Made by a program: the position numbers and the translations under genes | In this document: in pieces, positions 27,521 through 37,863 of the stretch | How the letters are laid out: each line of letters opens with the position of its first letter | Numbering within the stretch: position 1 is the first letter of the stretch | Notes under the pieces: generated by a model | Database searches by the model: none | Told to the model about the DNA's origin: nothing | What the model saw: the letters and a program-made list of their open reading frames with translations, nothing else | Assembly (NCBI GenBank): GCA_963666215.2 | Contig: CAXWPL010000005.1 | Location: forward strand, 1 to 64,000 | DNA: 64,000 bases | Direction of reading: 5' to 3' | From: Acidobacteriota bacterium | GTDB taxonomy: Bacteria > Acidobacteriota > UBA890 > WLXD01

Positions 27521-29608
27521 ATGGCCAAGTTCTCCACTGAGGATCTGCGCAACGTAGGTGTAGTCGGGCACGGCGACACGGGGAAGACAACCCTTGTATC
27601 GGCGTGCCTTTTTACGTGCGGCGCAATGAACCGCATGGGGCGGGTGGAACAGGGCACGGCGCTCACCGACTTCGACGCCGAGGAGATCTCGCGGCAGATC
27701 TCTATTCAGTCGGCTGTGGCGCGTGCGACTTGGAAGAAGCACCAGATCACCTTCATCGACACGCCCGGGTACAGCGTTTTCCGATCGGACACCAAAGCCT
27801 CGATGCGAGTCGTCGACAACGGGTTACTGCTGGTCGATGCCGTTTCGGGCGCCGGGGTCATGACCGAGAAGGTCTGGGAGTACGCGGAGGGGTTCGAGAC
27901 TCCCTTGATCTTCGTGATCAACCGGCTCGACCGCGACAACAGCTCTTTCGAGCGCGCCCTCGAGTCGTGCACTGAAATCTTCGGCCGCGAAGTCGTACCG
28001 GTTCAGCTACCGATCGGAGAAGGCGAGGACTTCAAGGGTATCGTCGACCTCCTGGAAATGAAGGCCTACACGTACGAGCAGGACGGCAACGGCAAGGGCA
28101 CTGCATCTGAGATCCCGGCGGAGCTGCAGGCCGCGGCAAGCAGCGCTCGAGAGGCTCTCGTGGAGATGGTTGCCGAGAGCAACGAAGATCTCATGGAGAT
28201 CTACTTCGAGGAGGGCGACCTGCCGCAGGACCAGCTCATCAAGGGCGTCGCGGCCGCCGTGAGCAAGCGGCGCCTGTTCCCCGTGCTGTGCGCCGCGGGA
28301 GGCCGCAACGTCGGCACCGATCGTCTGATGAGCGCTTGTCTCAATCTGTTCGGCTCGCCCGCCGCAAGGCCGCAGCTGGTCGGCAAGACCGATGGCGTGC
28401 CGGACTGGGTCGAAGCCGACTCGAGCGCTCCCTTCAGCGCGCTCGTCTTCAAGACAATGGCCGACCCCTTCGCCGGACGCATCTCGCTGATGCGAGTTTA
28501 TGCCGGCGCCGCGAGCGCCGACGATACCGTCGTCAATTCACGCAGCGATGTGAGCGAGCGGTTGACGAACCTGTCGCTGCCGCAGGGCAAGGATCTCGAA
28601 CACATCGACGGCGTTGTTGCAGGCCAGATCTGCGCCCTGACCAAGCTCAAGAACACGACCACCGGCGATACCTTGAAGGCCAAGAGCTCCGAGCTCGTCA
28701 TCGAGCACGTCGTCTACCCGAAGGCGGCGATCTCGTTCTCGATTCAGCCCGAGGCAAAAGGCGATGAGGAAAAGATCGGCACGGCGCTGGCGCGTCTACT
28801 CGAAGAAGACCCGACACTGTCGATCGACCGAGACGCACAAACTGGCGAGACGCTGTTGTCCGGGCTCGGGCAGCTCCACGTCGAGGTCACCCTGTCGAAG
28901 ATGAAGCACCGCTTCGGCGTCAGCGCCTTGCTCAAGCCCCCAACCGTCCCCTATCGCGAGACCTTCCGCAGAACGGCCGAGGCCGAAGGCCGCCACAAGA
29001 AGCAGTCGGGCGGGCGCGGCCAGTTCGGCGTGGCCAAGATCGCGATATCGCCGCAGCCCAGCGGCGCCGGGTTCGAGTTCGAGGACAAGATCTTCGGCGG
29101 GTCGATCTCACAACAGTTCCGTCCGGCGGTGCAGAAGGGCGTCGCCGAGGCCGCCGAGCGGGGCATCCTGGCCGGCTATCCGGTGGTCGACTTCAAGGTA
29201 ACGCTGCTCGACGGCAAGGAACACTCGGTCGACTCCTCGGAGATCGCCTTCAAGATCGCCGGCTCCATGGCGTTCAAAGAGGCCGCACAGCACGCCCACC
29301 CGGTGCTGCTCGAGCCGATCATGGTGATCGAAGTGACGATCCCGGACGAGGCGGTGGGCGACGTGATTGGCGACCTCAACAGCCGGCGAGGTCGAGTGCA
29401 GGGCGTGGAACCGCGCAAGGGACGGCAAATCATCAAGGCCGAGGCGCCGCTTGCCGAGATCCTGACCTATGCGATCGACCTCAACTCCCTCACCGGCGGC
29501 CGCGGCTCCTACACGATGGAGTTCGCGCGCTACGACGACGTACCTCCGCAGGTGGCGCAGAAGGTGGTCGAGAAATCGAAGCGAGCCAAGGAGGAGGCAG
29601 CCGGCTGA
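27521..29608 (+). CDS. fusA: elongation factor G paralogue (EF-G2-like)
   Basis: GHGDTGKTT, DTPGY, NRLD, GLGQLH, HKKQSGGRGQFG, HSVDSS, LLEPI; not in a ribosomal-protein operon. Confidence 0.92.
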   Translation: MAKFSTEDLRNVGVVGHGDTGKTTLVSACLFTCGAMNRMGRVEQGTALTDFDAEEISRQISIQSAVARATWKKHQITFIDTPGYSVFRSDTKASMRVVDNGLLLVDAVSGAGVMTEKVWEYAEGFETPLIFVINRLDRDNSSFERALESCTEIFGREVVPVQLPIGEGEDFKGIVDLLEMKAYTYEQDGNGKGTASEIPAELQAAASSAREALVEMVAESNEDLMEIYFEEGDLPQDQLIKGVAAAVSKRRLFPVLCAAGGRNVGTDRLMSACLNLFGSPAARPQLVGKTDGVPDWVEADSSAPFSALVFKTMADPFAGRISLMRVYAGAASADDTVVNSRSDVSERLTNLSLPQGKDLEHIDGVVAGQICALTKLKNTTTGDTLKAKSSELVIEHVVYPKAAISFSIQPEAKGDEEKIGTALARLLEEDPTLSIDRDAQTGETLLSGLGQLHVEVTLSKMKHRFGVSALLKPPTVPYRETFRRTAEAEGRHKKQSGGRGQFGVAKIAISPQPSGAGFEFEDKIFGGSISQQFRPAVQKGVAEAAERGILAGYPVVDFKVTLLDGKEHSVDSSEIAFKIAGSMAFKEAAQHAHPVLLEPIMVIEVTIPDEAVGDVIGDLNSRRGRVQGVEPRKGRQIIKAEAPLAEILTYAIDLNSLTGGRGSYTMEFARYDDVPPQVAQKVVEKSKRAKEEAAG

Positions 29609-29631
29609 GTAGCCAGGCCGCATTCAAAGCG

Positions 29632-30357
29632 GTGGAGGCCACGACGGACAAGAAGAGTCGCCTCGGCGCGGCGCTGTCGCTGCTTGTGTGGGGTCTACCG
29701 ATTGGCCATGTGGTCGTACTCGCCACCCTTGCTGTGCTCGCGGCCTGCCAGAGCCCCGCTGAGCCCGGCAGCAACCCGGAGGAGGCGGCCGCTTCGGCTG
29801 ACTCGGAAGGGCCCGGCGACGCCGATCCTCTGATGACGCTCACGCTGGAGGCCGGTGGCCTGCCTGCCTTTGGGCTCGCCGCCCAGGTCGTGACGCTCGA
29901 TGCCGACCTCGAGATGGCGGCGATCGTGCGCGGGGCCACGGCACGGCTGGCGGTCGAGATGGCGATTGCCAACGGCTTCCACATCAACGCCAACCCGCCC
30001 TCCGAGGAGTGGCTGATTGCCACCGCAGTCACGGTCGGGGGCGTTGCGGGAGTAGCCGCTGAGCAAACGTTCTACCCGAAAGCCGAGAAAGTCCTCTTCG
30101 GCTTCTGGCCACAGCCGCTCGCCGTCTACGAGAGGTCGGCGGTAGCGGGAGTGCGCCTTAGCGTGGAGCCTGACGCGCCACTCGGGGAGCACACGCTCGA
30201 CATCTCGGTGGACTACCAAGCCTGCAACGACCAGGCGTGTCTGGCGCCAACGCGCGTCAGTATGGTGCTGCCCATGCTGATCGCGCCGACGGGCAGCTCG
30301 CCGGCCCGGGTGGGCTCGCCGTTGCTGGCCCGGGCTCCTTTCGGCGACAGTCGCTGA
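29632..30357 (+). CDS. DsbD N-terminal-domain lipoprotein
   Basis: LAAC lipobox, GFHINAN, YP, VYE, YQACNDQACLAP. Confidence 0.82.
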   Translation: MEATTDKKSRLGAALSLLVWGLPIGHVVVLATLAVLAACQSPAEPGSNPEEAAASADSEGPGDADPLMTLTLEAGGLPAFGLAAQVVTLDADLEMAAIVRGATARLAVEMAIANGFHINANPPSEEWLIATAVTVGGVAGVAAEQTFYPKAEKVLFGFWPQPLAVYERSAVAGVRLSVEPDAPLGEHTLDISVDYQACNDQACLAPTRVSMVLPMLIAPTGSSPARVGSPLLARAPFGDSR

Positions 30358-30507
30358 AGCGATTCACTAGAAAGAGCCCCTTTGGGCTTCGCGATCGGGC
30401 GCCCGAGCTGCGTCGAGGCACCCGGCAGGTGCCAGAGGCTCTGCGAAGGGCGCCAGGCTGCTCACCCTGCGCCGCCCGGCCTTTTCACTCGATCAGGGCC
30501 CGGCTCC

Positions 30508-31236
30508 CTACTTGACCCCCCAGTGGAGGGCTACGGTCCCCAACGACAAGCGGCGATAGCCCACGTCGTGGAACCCGGCGGCACGAATCGTGGCGGCGAA
30601 TTCCTCGGGCGATTGCCACTCTCCGATGCTGCGATTGAGGTACTCGAACGGCTCCGCTGTGCCGGTGAGGGCGCGGCCGATGCGTGGAACCACAGTGCCG
30701 GTGTAGAGCCCATGGCCCCAACGAACGAGCTTCGAACGCGGCGAAGAGAACTCGAGAACGACGAGGCGCGCCTGCGGTCGGAGCACGCGATGGGCCTCGG
30801 CCAGAACCTCAGACAGAACGGGGCGCACGTTGCGCATCGCGAAGGCAGAGATCGCCCCATCGAAGACGTTCGCCCGGTAGGGCAGCTGCTCGGCACGCGC
30901 CACCTGGAAGACGGGCGATGTACCCACCACCGCTGCGCTCTTGATGCGCGCCGCGGCAATCATCTCGGCGGCAAAGTCGCAGCCCACGACCCGTCGAGAC
31001 TGCCGCGCCGCGGCGAACGCAACGTCGCCGGTGCCGCTTGCGATATCGAGCACGTTGCTGCTCGGTTCGAGGCACAGCGCGCCGATCGCGGCTCGTCGCC
31101 AGCCGACGTCGAGGCCGAGGCTCGCCCAGCGGTTGAACGCGTCGTAGCGCGGCGCGATGGTGTCGAACATGCGGCGGACGGTCGACGAGAACGACCCTCC
31201 GTCAGCCGCCGCGTGATCGGGTGAAAGGTCAGTCAT
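30508..31236 (-). CDS. menG: demethylmenaquinone methyltransferase (UbiE/MenG)
   Basis: MFDTIAPRYD..N, WRR, VLDIASGTGD, FAMRNV, RVLRP, LEFS.P, YLNRSI. Confidence 0.92.
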   Translation of the reverse strand: MTDLSPDHAAADGGSFSSTVRRMFDTIAPRYDAFNRWASLGLDVGWRRAAIGALCLEPSSNVLDIASGTGDVAFAAARQSRRVVGCDFAAEMIAAARIKSAAVVGTSPVFQVARAEQLPYRANVFDGAISAFAMRNVRPVLSEVLAEAHRVLRPQARLVVLEFSSPRSKLVRWGHGLYTGTVVPRIGRALTGTAEPFEYLNRSIGEWQSPEEFAATIRAAGFHDVGYRRLSLGTVALHWGVK

Positions 31237-31340
31237 CCTCGAGGCCTGGGTGTAAGTTTGGCGTGCCCGAAAACGTCCCGTAATTCGCCGCCGCGACGCT
31301 ACGGCAACTCTCGACGGCGTACCTCAGGCTACAGGCAACC

Positions 31341-31658
31341 ATGTCAGCAACCCGATCCAGGCCGATCAAAGTGGCAACCACCAACGATATCGAACCCGGC
31401 CGCGGGCGCGCCTTCGAAGTCGGTCGCCGATCGATCGCGATCTTCAACGTCGACGGGCATTTCCACGCCATCGACAACACCTGCTGCCACCGTGCGGGAC
31501 CGCTGGCGGATGGCTGGCTGGAGGGTACGGTCGTCGCCTGCCCGTTGCATCTGTGGCGCTACGACATCACCACCGGCGCGTGCTTGAGCGTAGAAGGAGA
31601 GCGGGTCGACCGCTTCGATCTCGAGATCGTCGGCGACGAGATTCACGTGCGCCTGTAG
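31341..31658 (+). CDS. Rieske-type [2Fe-2S] ferredoxin
   Basis: CCH.AGPL...CPLH.WRYD. Confidence 0.9.
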   Translation: MSATRSRPIKVATTNDIEPGRGRAFEVGRRSIAIFNVDGHFHAIDNTCCHRAGPLADGWLEGTVVACPLHLWRYDITTGACLSVEGERVDRFDLEIVGDEIHVRL

Positions 31659-31708
31659 CCGTTTCGGGTCCGGCGCAGCGTGCTACGGACGTTCAGCGGC
31701 GGCGGCGA

Positions 31709-32107
31709 CTACGCGCTGAAGGAGTGGCCGCAGCCGCAGGTGCCCGTGGCGTTCGGATTGCGCACCGAGAAACCGCTTCCCATCAGGCTCTCGGTGTAGT
31801 CGACGACGCTGCCCTCGAGGTAGGGCAACGAGAAGGTGTCCACGAGGATGGCGATGTCCTCCTGGGCGATCTTCATGTCGCCGTCGTTGGCGTGGTCGAA
31901 CGTGAATCCGTACTCGAAGCCCGAGCAGCCGCCGCCCTGCACGAAGATGCGCAGATGCTTGCCCCGCGCTTCCTCCTTGGTGGTCACGAACTCACGGATC
32001 TTGCCGATGGCCGCGGTCGTGAACACCAGCAGGCCCGGATCGACCGCGCCCGCGACTTTCGGCGGTGCGGCCGCCGTTGGCGTGCTGATATCTGCTGTAT
32101 CGCTCAT
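31709..32107 (-). CDS. erpA: A-type Fe-S carrier (ErpA/IscA/HesB)
   Basis: LRIFVQGGGCSGFEYGF, NPNATGTCGCGHSF. Confidence 0.9.
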   Translation of the reverse strand: MSDTADISTPTAAAPPKVAGAVDPGLLVFTTAAIGKIREFVTTKEEARGKHLRIFVQGGGCSGFEYGFTFDHANDGDMKIAQEDIAILVDTFSLPYLEGSVVDYTESLMGSGFSVRNPNATGTCGCGHSFSA

Positions 32108-32190
32108 CTTGTTGTTGGCTCCATCGTGGGCAGTTGCTCGTTGATCTGAGCTCAGGATAGCGGCCGGTGCAGGAACCGACAAGACCGATG

Positions 32191-33252
32191 TCACAACAGC
32201 ACAACGCCGAGATCCATCTGCTCCGCGATGTTGGCGGCCACAAGCAGCGCCCCCAGATCCGCGAGCGCCGTACCGACACTCTTGAACAGAGTGATCTCGT
32301 TGCCGGCACAGCGGCGTGGCCTCGAGCCCGTGCCACCACCCACCATCGTCTGCAGGTCCGCCTCGATTCCCTCCCGGCCTGGCTCGATCAGGCCCTCCTC
32401 GGCCGTCAGCAAGAGCTCGCCCGCCTCATGCAAAGCACCCTCGTAGGTATCGACGAAACGGCGCGCTCGGGCCACCGTCTCGCTGGCGAGCTCGCGACCG
32501 GTCACGGAAAAATTACCCACGGCGTTGATGTGCGCGCCGTCGGCAATCGCCGCGTCGGCGACAACCGGCAGCAGCGATGTTGTGGCGCAAGTCAGCACGT
32601 CGGCCGCGGCGGCAACGTCGGCGGCGTTGTCGAAGACCTCGACGGCGAGATCCGGCAGATCGCGTTCCAGTTGCACCGCAAGGGCACGCGCTTTGTGCAG
32701 ACTCCGACTGTTCAACAAGACCCGCTCGATCGGTCGCACGGCCAGCACCGCTGCAACAAGGTCGTCGGCCAGCGCGCCGGTACCAATCAGTCCGAACGTC
32801 GAAGACTCCGGTCGCGCGAGAATGTCGGTGGCGAGACCGGTGAGTGCTCCCGTACGCCGTGTCGTCAGCAGCCCGCCGTCCACCATCAAGCGCGGAGCCC
32901 CGGTGGCCGCATCGATCAGCATCGCCGTACCCTGGATGGCGGGCAGATCTCGGCTCGGGTTGCCCGGCAAAAAGCTCGCCGACTTCACGGCGAAGCCGTG
33001 GCCAACCCACGAAGCGGCCATCGACACGAACACGGCCCTGAGCTCGGCGGGGATCTCGGCCGGGACCTCAGCGTCGCCCATCACCGACGCGGGGAGTTCC
33101 GCACGCGGTGGCTTCACCGTCTCCACCAGGTGGGTGCGCGGAGGCGACGCGGTCTCGCCTGCAGCCGCGGCCTCGGAAACGGTCTTCAGCGCGCCGATAG
33201 CCGTCGCCATCGGAAGAGCTCGATCCAGCTGCGCGGGGGTGAGATACCGCAT
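32191..33252 (-). CDS. ornithine cyclodeaminase / mu-crystallin family protein
   Basis: LTTRRTGA, IGTGALA, HINAVG, EAGEL, TLFKSVGTALAD. Confidence 0.9.
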   Translation of the reverse strand: MRYLTPAQLDRALPMATAIGALKTVSEAAAAGETASPPRTHLVETVKPPRAELPASVMGDAEVPAEIPAELRAVFVSMAASWVGHGFAVKSASFLPGNPSRDLPAIQGTAMLIDAATGAPRLMVDGGLLTTRRTGALTGLATDILARPESSTFGLIGTGALADDLVAAVLAVRPIERVLLNSRSLHKARALAVQLERDLPDLAVEVFDNAADVAAAADVLTCATTSLLPVVADAAIADGAHINAVGNFSVTGRELASETVARARRFVDTYEGALHEAGELLLTAEEGLIEPGREGIEADLQTMVGGGTGSRPRRCAGNEITLFKSVGTALADLGALLVAANIAEQMDLGVVLL

Positions 33253-33314
33253 AACCGATAACCTCTCACCGGTGCTTGGCGAGCAGAGAAGAGTGAACCT
33301 GTCGGCGAACCTGA

Positions 33315-35573
33315 CTATGGATCCTGCTGCTCGCGCTGCAGTTGCACACGGTCTACTTGCGCCAAGCGGGCTCGCGCGCGCGGAGCCACCAGCGGACCGT
33401 CGTTGTGGAACAGAGTGGCGTGTGGGTTGGCCGCGGCACGCTGGAACGCGGACCGCGCCGCGTCCAGGTCGCCTCCCTCGGCGGCCAAGAGGGCCAACCC
33501 CAGCCAGTAATCAACCGCGGCATTCCCGAAGGGAGCATCCTGCGGCGCGTCGATGCTCTGCAAGACGCTCGCGGCCTCGCCCCACGACCCGGCGCGCATC
33601 AATACACCTGCCATCGTCATGCGCAGAATCCAGCGTGGAACGATACCGGCGTCGCGTTCGTCGGCCGTGCGCGCCGCCGCCCAGACCACCGCTTCTGCGC
33701 GGCTGCGATCGGTCAAGGGCGCAACCTGCGGGCCGCTACGCAGCGAAACGGTGAGGCTGCCGCGATCTTCGCCGCGGCGATACTCGAAGCGCAGCGCTGA
33801 AAACGCGTCGTGACCGTCGAGCGCGTCGAGCACGGCGGCGACGGTAGCTGTCCGAGCGCTGTCGACTGTCAGAATCTCGTCGCCCACCTCGAGGCCCGCT
33901 CTCTCTGCCGGCCCGTTGGGTGCAACGTCGACGACGATCGGACCAGCGCCCAACTCGCTATCGATCATTCGCGCTCCGAGCCAGATCAACGGGCCCGGCA
34001 GCGCTCGATCCAGATCGGCGACGAATGAGCGCAGCGCGTCGCGATCGTCGAACGGCAACACCTTTGCGCTCGGCGAGCCTACCGCGCCGCCGGCTGCCCA
34101 TGTCCAGAGCGTGTAGCTCGAGCTGGACCGCTCGTCCGAAAGCTCGGCGAACACCAGCAGGGCCGCTGAAACCTGCGCTTCGATGCGCTCTCGTGCCCCG
34201 CGCCACTGTCGCGTGTTGCCGCGTCGCACGCTGCCGAGCATATCGGCGTCGACTCCCACCTGCCGCAGCGCCCGGCCAGCGCTTCGATCGAGGAGGAACC
34301 ACTCCTCGCTGGCCGAAAGCCCTCGGGCAATCTCGCCGCGCACCGAGTCGCGGCCGATCTCGTCGCCGCCGACGACACCGATGAAGGCCAGTCCGGCGCG
34401 CAGATCGATATCGATCGTCAGCGTGTCGCCCTCGCCAATCGATACGTCGCGCTCGAACACATCGCTGTTGTGCGACACGACGATCTGATGATCACCAACC
34501 GAAAGGGTCACGCGCGGCGGTGTGCCGGCCGCTCCCTGCGGCTGCACCTGCTCGCCGTCGATCACCAGGCGTGCGCCCTCGGGTAGACCACGAAGCACCA
34601 CAAGCCCTTCCGACCGGGCCAGCGACACGACCCCCAAGCTGTAATCGGCCAGGTCGGGAAAATCGGCGCGCGAGCGGTATGTTCGATAGCCGTCGCGACG
34701 CAGCTCCACCTCGTGTGACCCGGGCAAAAGACCGTCGATGCGCAACGGCGCCGACGCCGCTCCCGCCGCGCTGTCGGCCGTGTCGACCAGCCGCCAATCG
34801 GGCGTCGCCGGTCGAGTCTCGCCGACCGGCTGGCCATCGATCAGCACCGTCACGCCGGCAGGAATGGTGGCAATCTGCACCGCCGTGCTGGAGCGCTCCA
34901 GAACAAGGCCGACTGCTTCCACGCGATTGGCCGTCACCTCGGCCTCGACGCGCAGGGAGGCATGGCCGGATCTTTCGGCGACAATCACGTGGTCGCCGGC
35001 GAGCACCGACAGAAGGTCGGGGATCGGCTCGAGCACGCGTCCGTCGATCTCGACCTCCGCGTCGGCCGGGAGAACCGAGATCCGCAGGAAGCCCACCTTG
35101 CGCTCGCGGCGCACCTCCATGCGGTCGGCGAGACGCGCCGGCGTGGTGTCGTTGTTGAACTCGAACGTCGGATCGAGATCGATGATGCGGTCGAGCTGCG
35201 CGTCGGTCTCACGGCTATCGCGCTCGCCGCTTTCCCAGCGCGCCACTGTTCGATAAACCAGGCTACGCCGTAGCAAGAGCTGCCCTTCGTCGTCGAGCGA
35301 AGACTCGCGCTCCAACGTTTCGACGATGCGATCGAAGAACTCGATCGAATCCTCCCGGCTCGACCGATACACCGTCTCGGCCCGCGCGAACAAAACCCGC
35401 AGGCTCTCCGAAACGAAGCGCTGGCCCGGCTCGGACGTCACCGCGGAGACTGTGGGCGCAAGAACCGGCGGCAGCGCGGCGATGCTAGCCAGCAGGGCCA
35501 CCATCGACCACCGCAAGACTGTCGATCGCCGGCCGCGGCTCGGGTTGGTTCCTGTCGGAATCATCGGGCTCAT
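33315..35573 (-). CDS. exported TPR-like / 3xPEGA / PDZ multidomain protein
   Basis: Signal peptide; three PEGA-like repeats (PADAEVEIDG, PAGVTVLIDG, PEGARLVIDG); PDZ V.PNGPAERAGLEVGDEILTVD; helical C-terminus. Confidence 0.82.
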   Translation of the reverse strand: MSPMIPTGTNPSRGRRSTVLRWSMVALLASIAALPPVLAPTVSAVTSEPGQRFVSESLRVLFARAETVYRSSREDSIEFFDRIVETLERESSLDDEGQLLLRRSLVYRTVARWESGERDSRETDAQLDRIIDLDPTFEFNNDTTPARLADRMEVRRERKVGFLRISVLPADAEVEIDGRVLEPIPDLLSVLAGDHVIVAERSGHASLRVEAEVTANRVEAVGLVLERSSTAVQIATIPAGVTVLIDGQPVGETRPATPDWRLVDTADSAAGAASAPLRIDGLLPGSHEVELRRDGYRTYRSRADFPDLADYSLGVVSLARSEGLVVLRGLPEGARLVIDGEQVQPQGAAGTPPRVTLSVGDHQIVVSHNSDVFERDVSIGEGDTLTIDIDLRAGLAFIGVVGGDEIGRDSVRGEIARGLSASEEWFLLDRSAGRALRQVGVDADMLGSVRRGNTRQWRGARERIEAQVSAALLVFAELSDERSSSSYTLWTWAAGGAVGSPSAKVLPFDDRDALRSFVADLDRALPGPLIWLGARMIDSELGAGPIVVDVAPNGPAERAGLEVGDEILTVDSARTATVAAVLDALDGHDAFSALRFEYRRGEDRGSLTVSLRSGPQVAPLTDRSRAEAVVWAAARTADERDAGIVPRWILRMTMAGVLMRAGSWGEAASVLQSIDAPQDAPFGNAAVDYWLGLALLAAEGGDLDAARSAFQRAAANPHATLFHNDGPLVAPRARARLAQVDRVQLQREQQDP

Positions 35574-36916
35574 TCGATCACCACCACAGACGACGAAGAG
35601 CGGTCGACCACATACACCCGCCCACGCCCGTCAACGGCGACGTCACGCGGGCCACGGAGCTCGAGACCGCCCGGCAAGAACGGACCCAAGCGCGCCAGCG
35701 TCTGCCCGTCTGGACCCATCACTTCAATCGATCGGGTATCGCGGTCGAGCACGTACATATTGCCCAGACCATCAACATCGAGCGCCTCGGCGCGCCGCCA
35801 GGGACGCGTGGTCACGACAGCACGATCGCCGCCGCCCACTCCGAACCGGAGCACGGCATTGGCGCGGCGATCGAGCACGTAGAGTCGACTGGTGGCGTCG
35901 ACGGCGAGGTCGACGGGCTGACGGTCTCTGCCGCCGACGACAACGCCTTGGAAGCTGCCATCGGGGCCGAACCGCAAGACCCGCTCCGGATCGTTATCGA
36001 GCAGGTACCACAGGCCGCTGGCCTCGCGCGCGCCAGCCAGCAGAGCCTTCAAAGGCACTGCGCGGCCATTTTGGATTTGCAGGAAACCGACGCGCGGCCC
36101 CCCGAGGGCGATGACGCCAGCCTTCTGGGTCGGCAGGTAGGGCAGTCCATCGATACCCCACCAAGGTCGCCCGTGGTCGTCGTAGCGTAGCCGGCTCACC
36201 GCGTTCCGTTCGACATCGACCAAGGCGACGAACGGCACGCCCTCGTCGATAACCAACAGCTGGCCGTCGCCGCTGGCGGCAATATGCACCGGCTCCTCGA
36301 GATCGAGGCCCGATACCGCTAGCCGGCGCGACGAAGTCCACGGCGCCTCTGCGAGTCGCGGCCGCAGGCGAAAGCGGTGCAGCAGCGTGAGCAAACGCAG
36401 GGCGTCGGCGGCGATGTTGGGGTCCGACTCGGCCGTGTGCCGCGCCGCTGCTGTCACCACGCGCTGCAAGCTGTCGGCCGCGGCCTGCCAGTGCTCGTCG
36501 GCCAACAGCGCGCGCGCCAGCCCGAAGCGCGCGCGACTCGTCCAGGCCGACGGGGGCTCCTCCTCGATGACGACGACGTAGGCCACCACGGCAAGGCTGT
36601 GCTCAGCACTCCTCCAGTGCAGATCTCCGCGCCGCAGGCGCGCCGCCGCGCGCCACTCCAGATCGGGATAGGCGGTGGCCGGAAAGTCCGCGAGAATGCG
36701 ATCGAGGCGTTCCAGCGCCGCCGCCGCGTCGCCGGCGCGTAGCAGGTCCTCGGCTTCCACGAACAGAGCCTCGGCCTCGGCGCCATCGCGTTGACCCGAC
36801 TGGGGAGCCGGCGCCGGCCCGCGCAGAGCAAGGGGGCCCGGCGGCACCGGCTTCATGGCGGCAATCGACACCAGCGCCGCGCACAGGATCGCGCGGCGCC
36901 GCAGCCCTACTCTCAA
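35570..36916 (-). CDS. exported TPR + NHL beta-propeller protein
   Basis: BamD/YbgF-like TPR N-half; NHL repeats (PVDLAVD..SRLYVLD, LDVDGLGNMYVLD, PRDVAVDGRGRVYVVD). Start placed at TTG overlapping the PP2C stop (uncertain). Confidence 0.8.
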   Translation of the reverse strand: MRVGLRRRAILCAALVSIAAMKPVPPGPLALRGPAPAPQSGQRDGAEAEALFVEAEDLLRAGDAAAALERLDRILADFPATAYPDLEWRAAARLRRGDLHWRSAEHSLAVVAYVVVIEEEPPSAWTSRARFGLARALLADEHWQAAADSLQRVVTAAARHTAESDPNIAADALRLLTLLHRFRLRPRLAEAPWTSSRRLAVSGLDLEEPVHIAASGDGQLLVIDEGVPFVALVDVERNAVSRLRYDDHGRPWWGIDGLPYLPTQKAGVIALGGPRVGFLQIQNGRAVPLKALLAGAREASGLWYLLDNDPERVLRFGPDGSFQGVVVGGRDRQPVDLAVDATSRLYVLDRRANAVLRFGVGGGDRAVVTTRPWRRAEALDVDGLGNMYVLDRDTRSIEVMGPDGQTLARLGPFLPGGLELRGPRDVAVDGRGRVYVVDRSSSSVVVIE

Positions 36917-37668
36917 ACGTCCTCGCACATTACAACCACTACGGTGATGTTGTCGTGACCGTCGCGGTCGCAGGCGCGGTCGACGAGCGTCCGGCACGCC
37001 GCCGCCGCGTCGGACGCTTCACCCACCACCTCGGCGATCTCGTCGGCGTCGACCGACGGTGACATGCCGTCTGAAGCCATCACGTACACATCACCGGCCG
37101 CCACGTCGCCGGTAAGCATATCGACCTCGAGCTCGTCGCTGACGCCCAAACAGCGACTCAGCAGGTTGCGCATGGGGTGTATCGCCGCGTCCTCCAAGGA
37201 CAGCACTCCGTCGCGAACCTGCGGGGCTACGACGGTGTGATCTTGGGTGAGCTGGTGAATCTCGCCGTCGCGAACCCGCCAGGCCCGGGTGTCGCCCACA
37301 TGTCCGATCAACAGGGCATGGGGTTCCAGAACGATCGCGGTGAGCGTGGTCCCCATCCCTTCCCGGTCAGGGTCTTCGGCCTCCTCGAGAATCTGCCGGT
37401 TCGCCTCGCCAAATGCGTCGAGCAGGACCTCGGAGTCGACCGCGCGGCCGCTGTTGAATGCATTACGTAGAGTCTCGTTGACAATGTCGATCGCCAACCC
37501 ACTCGCGACCTCCCCGGCGTTGTGTCCGCCTAGGCCATCAGCCACTGCGAACAGGCCCACGCGCAGGTCGATACGCGAATAGTCCTCGTTGTGCTCGCGA
37601 ACCTTGCCGACTGTGGAGTACGAGCCGGCATTGATTCGCCAAGGTAACGCCCAACCGTTTTCACGCAT
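36913..37668 (-). CDS. PP2C-family Ser/Thr phosphatase (Stp1/PrpC)
   Basis: REHNED, VADGLGGHNAGEVAS, GMGTT, HVGDTR, SDG, GHDNIT. Confidence 0.95.
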   Translation of the reverse strand: MRENGWALPWRINAGSYSTVGKVREHNEDYSRIDLRVGLFAVADGLGGHNAGEVASGLAIDIVNETLRNAFNSGRAVDSEVLLDAFGEANRQILEEAEDPDREGMGTTLTAIVLEPHALLIGHVGDTRAWRVRDGEIHQLTQDHTVVAPQVRDGVLSLEDAAIHPMRNLLSRCLGVSDELEVDMLTGDVAAGDVYVMASDGMSPSVDADEIAEVVGEASDAAAACRTLVDRACDRDGHDNITVVVVMCEDV

Positions 37669-37863
37669 ACTCGAGGTTTCGTGACACTTTCGGGCAAACT
37701 GGTTTGCGTACAGGAGGGCGATTCAAACGATCTTCTTGCGGCCTGCACCACCTGTCAATCACACACGATGGAAGCGACGGGCTGATATTCTGGCGCCTGC
37801 CAGATGCGAAGCTGACGACAGCGTGCAGGGTAGGATCCTAGCCTGCGCGGTAGGAGAGCACTC

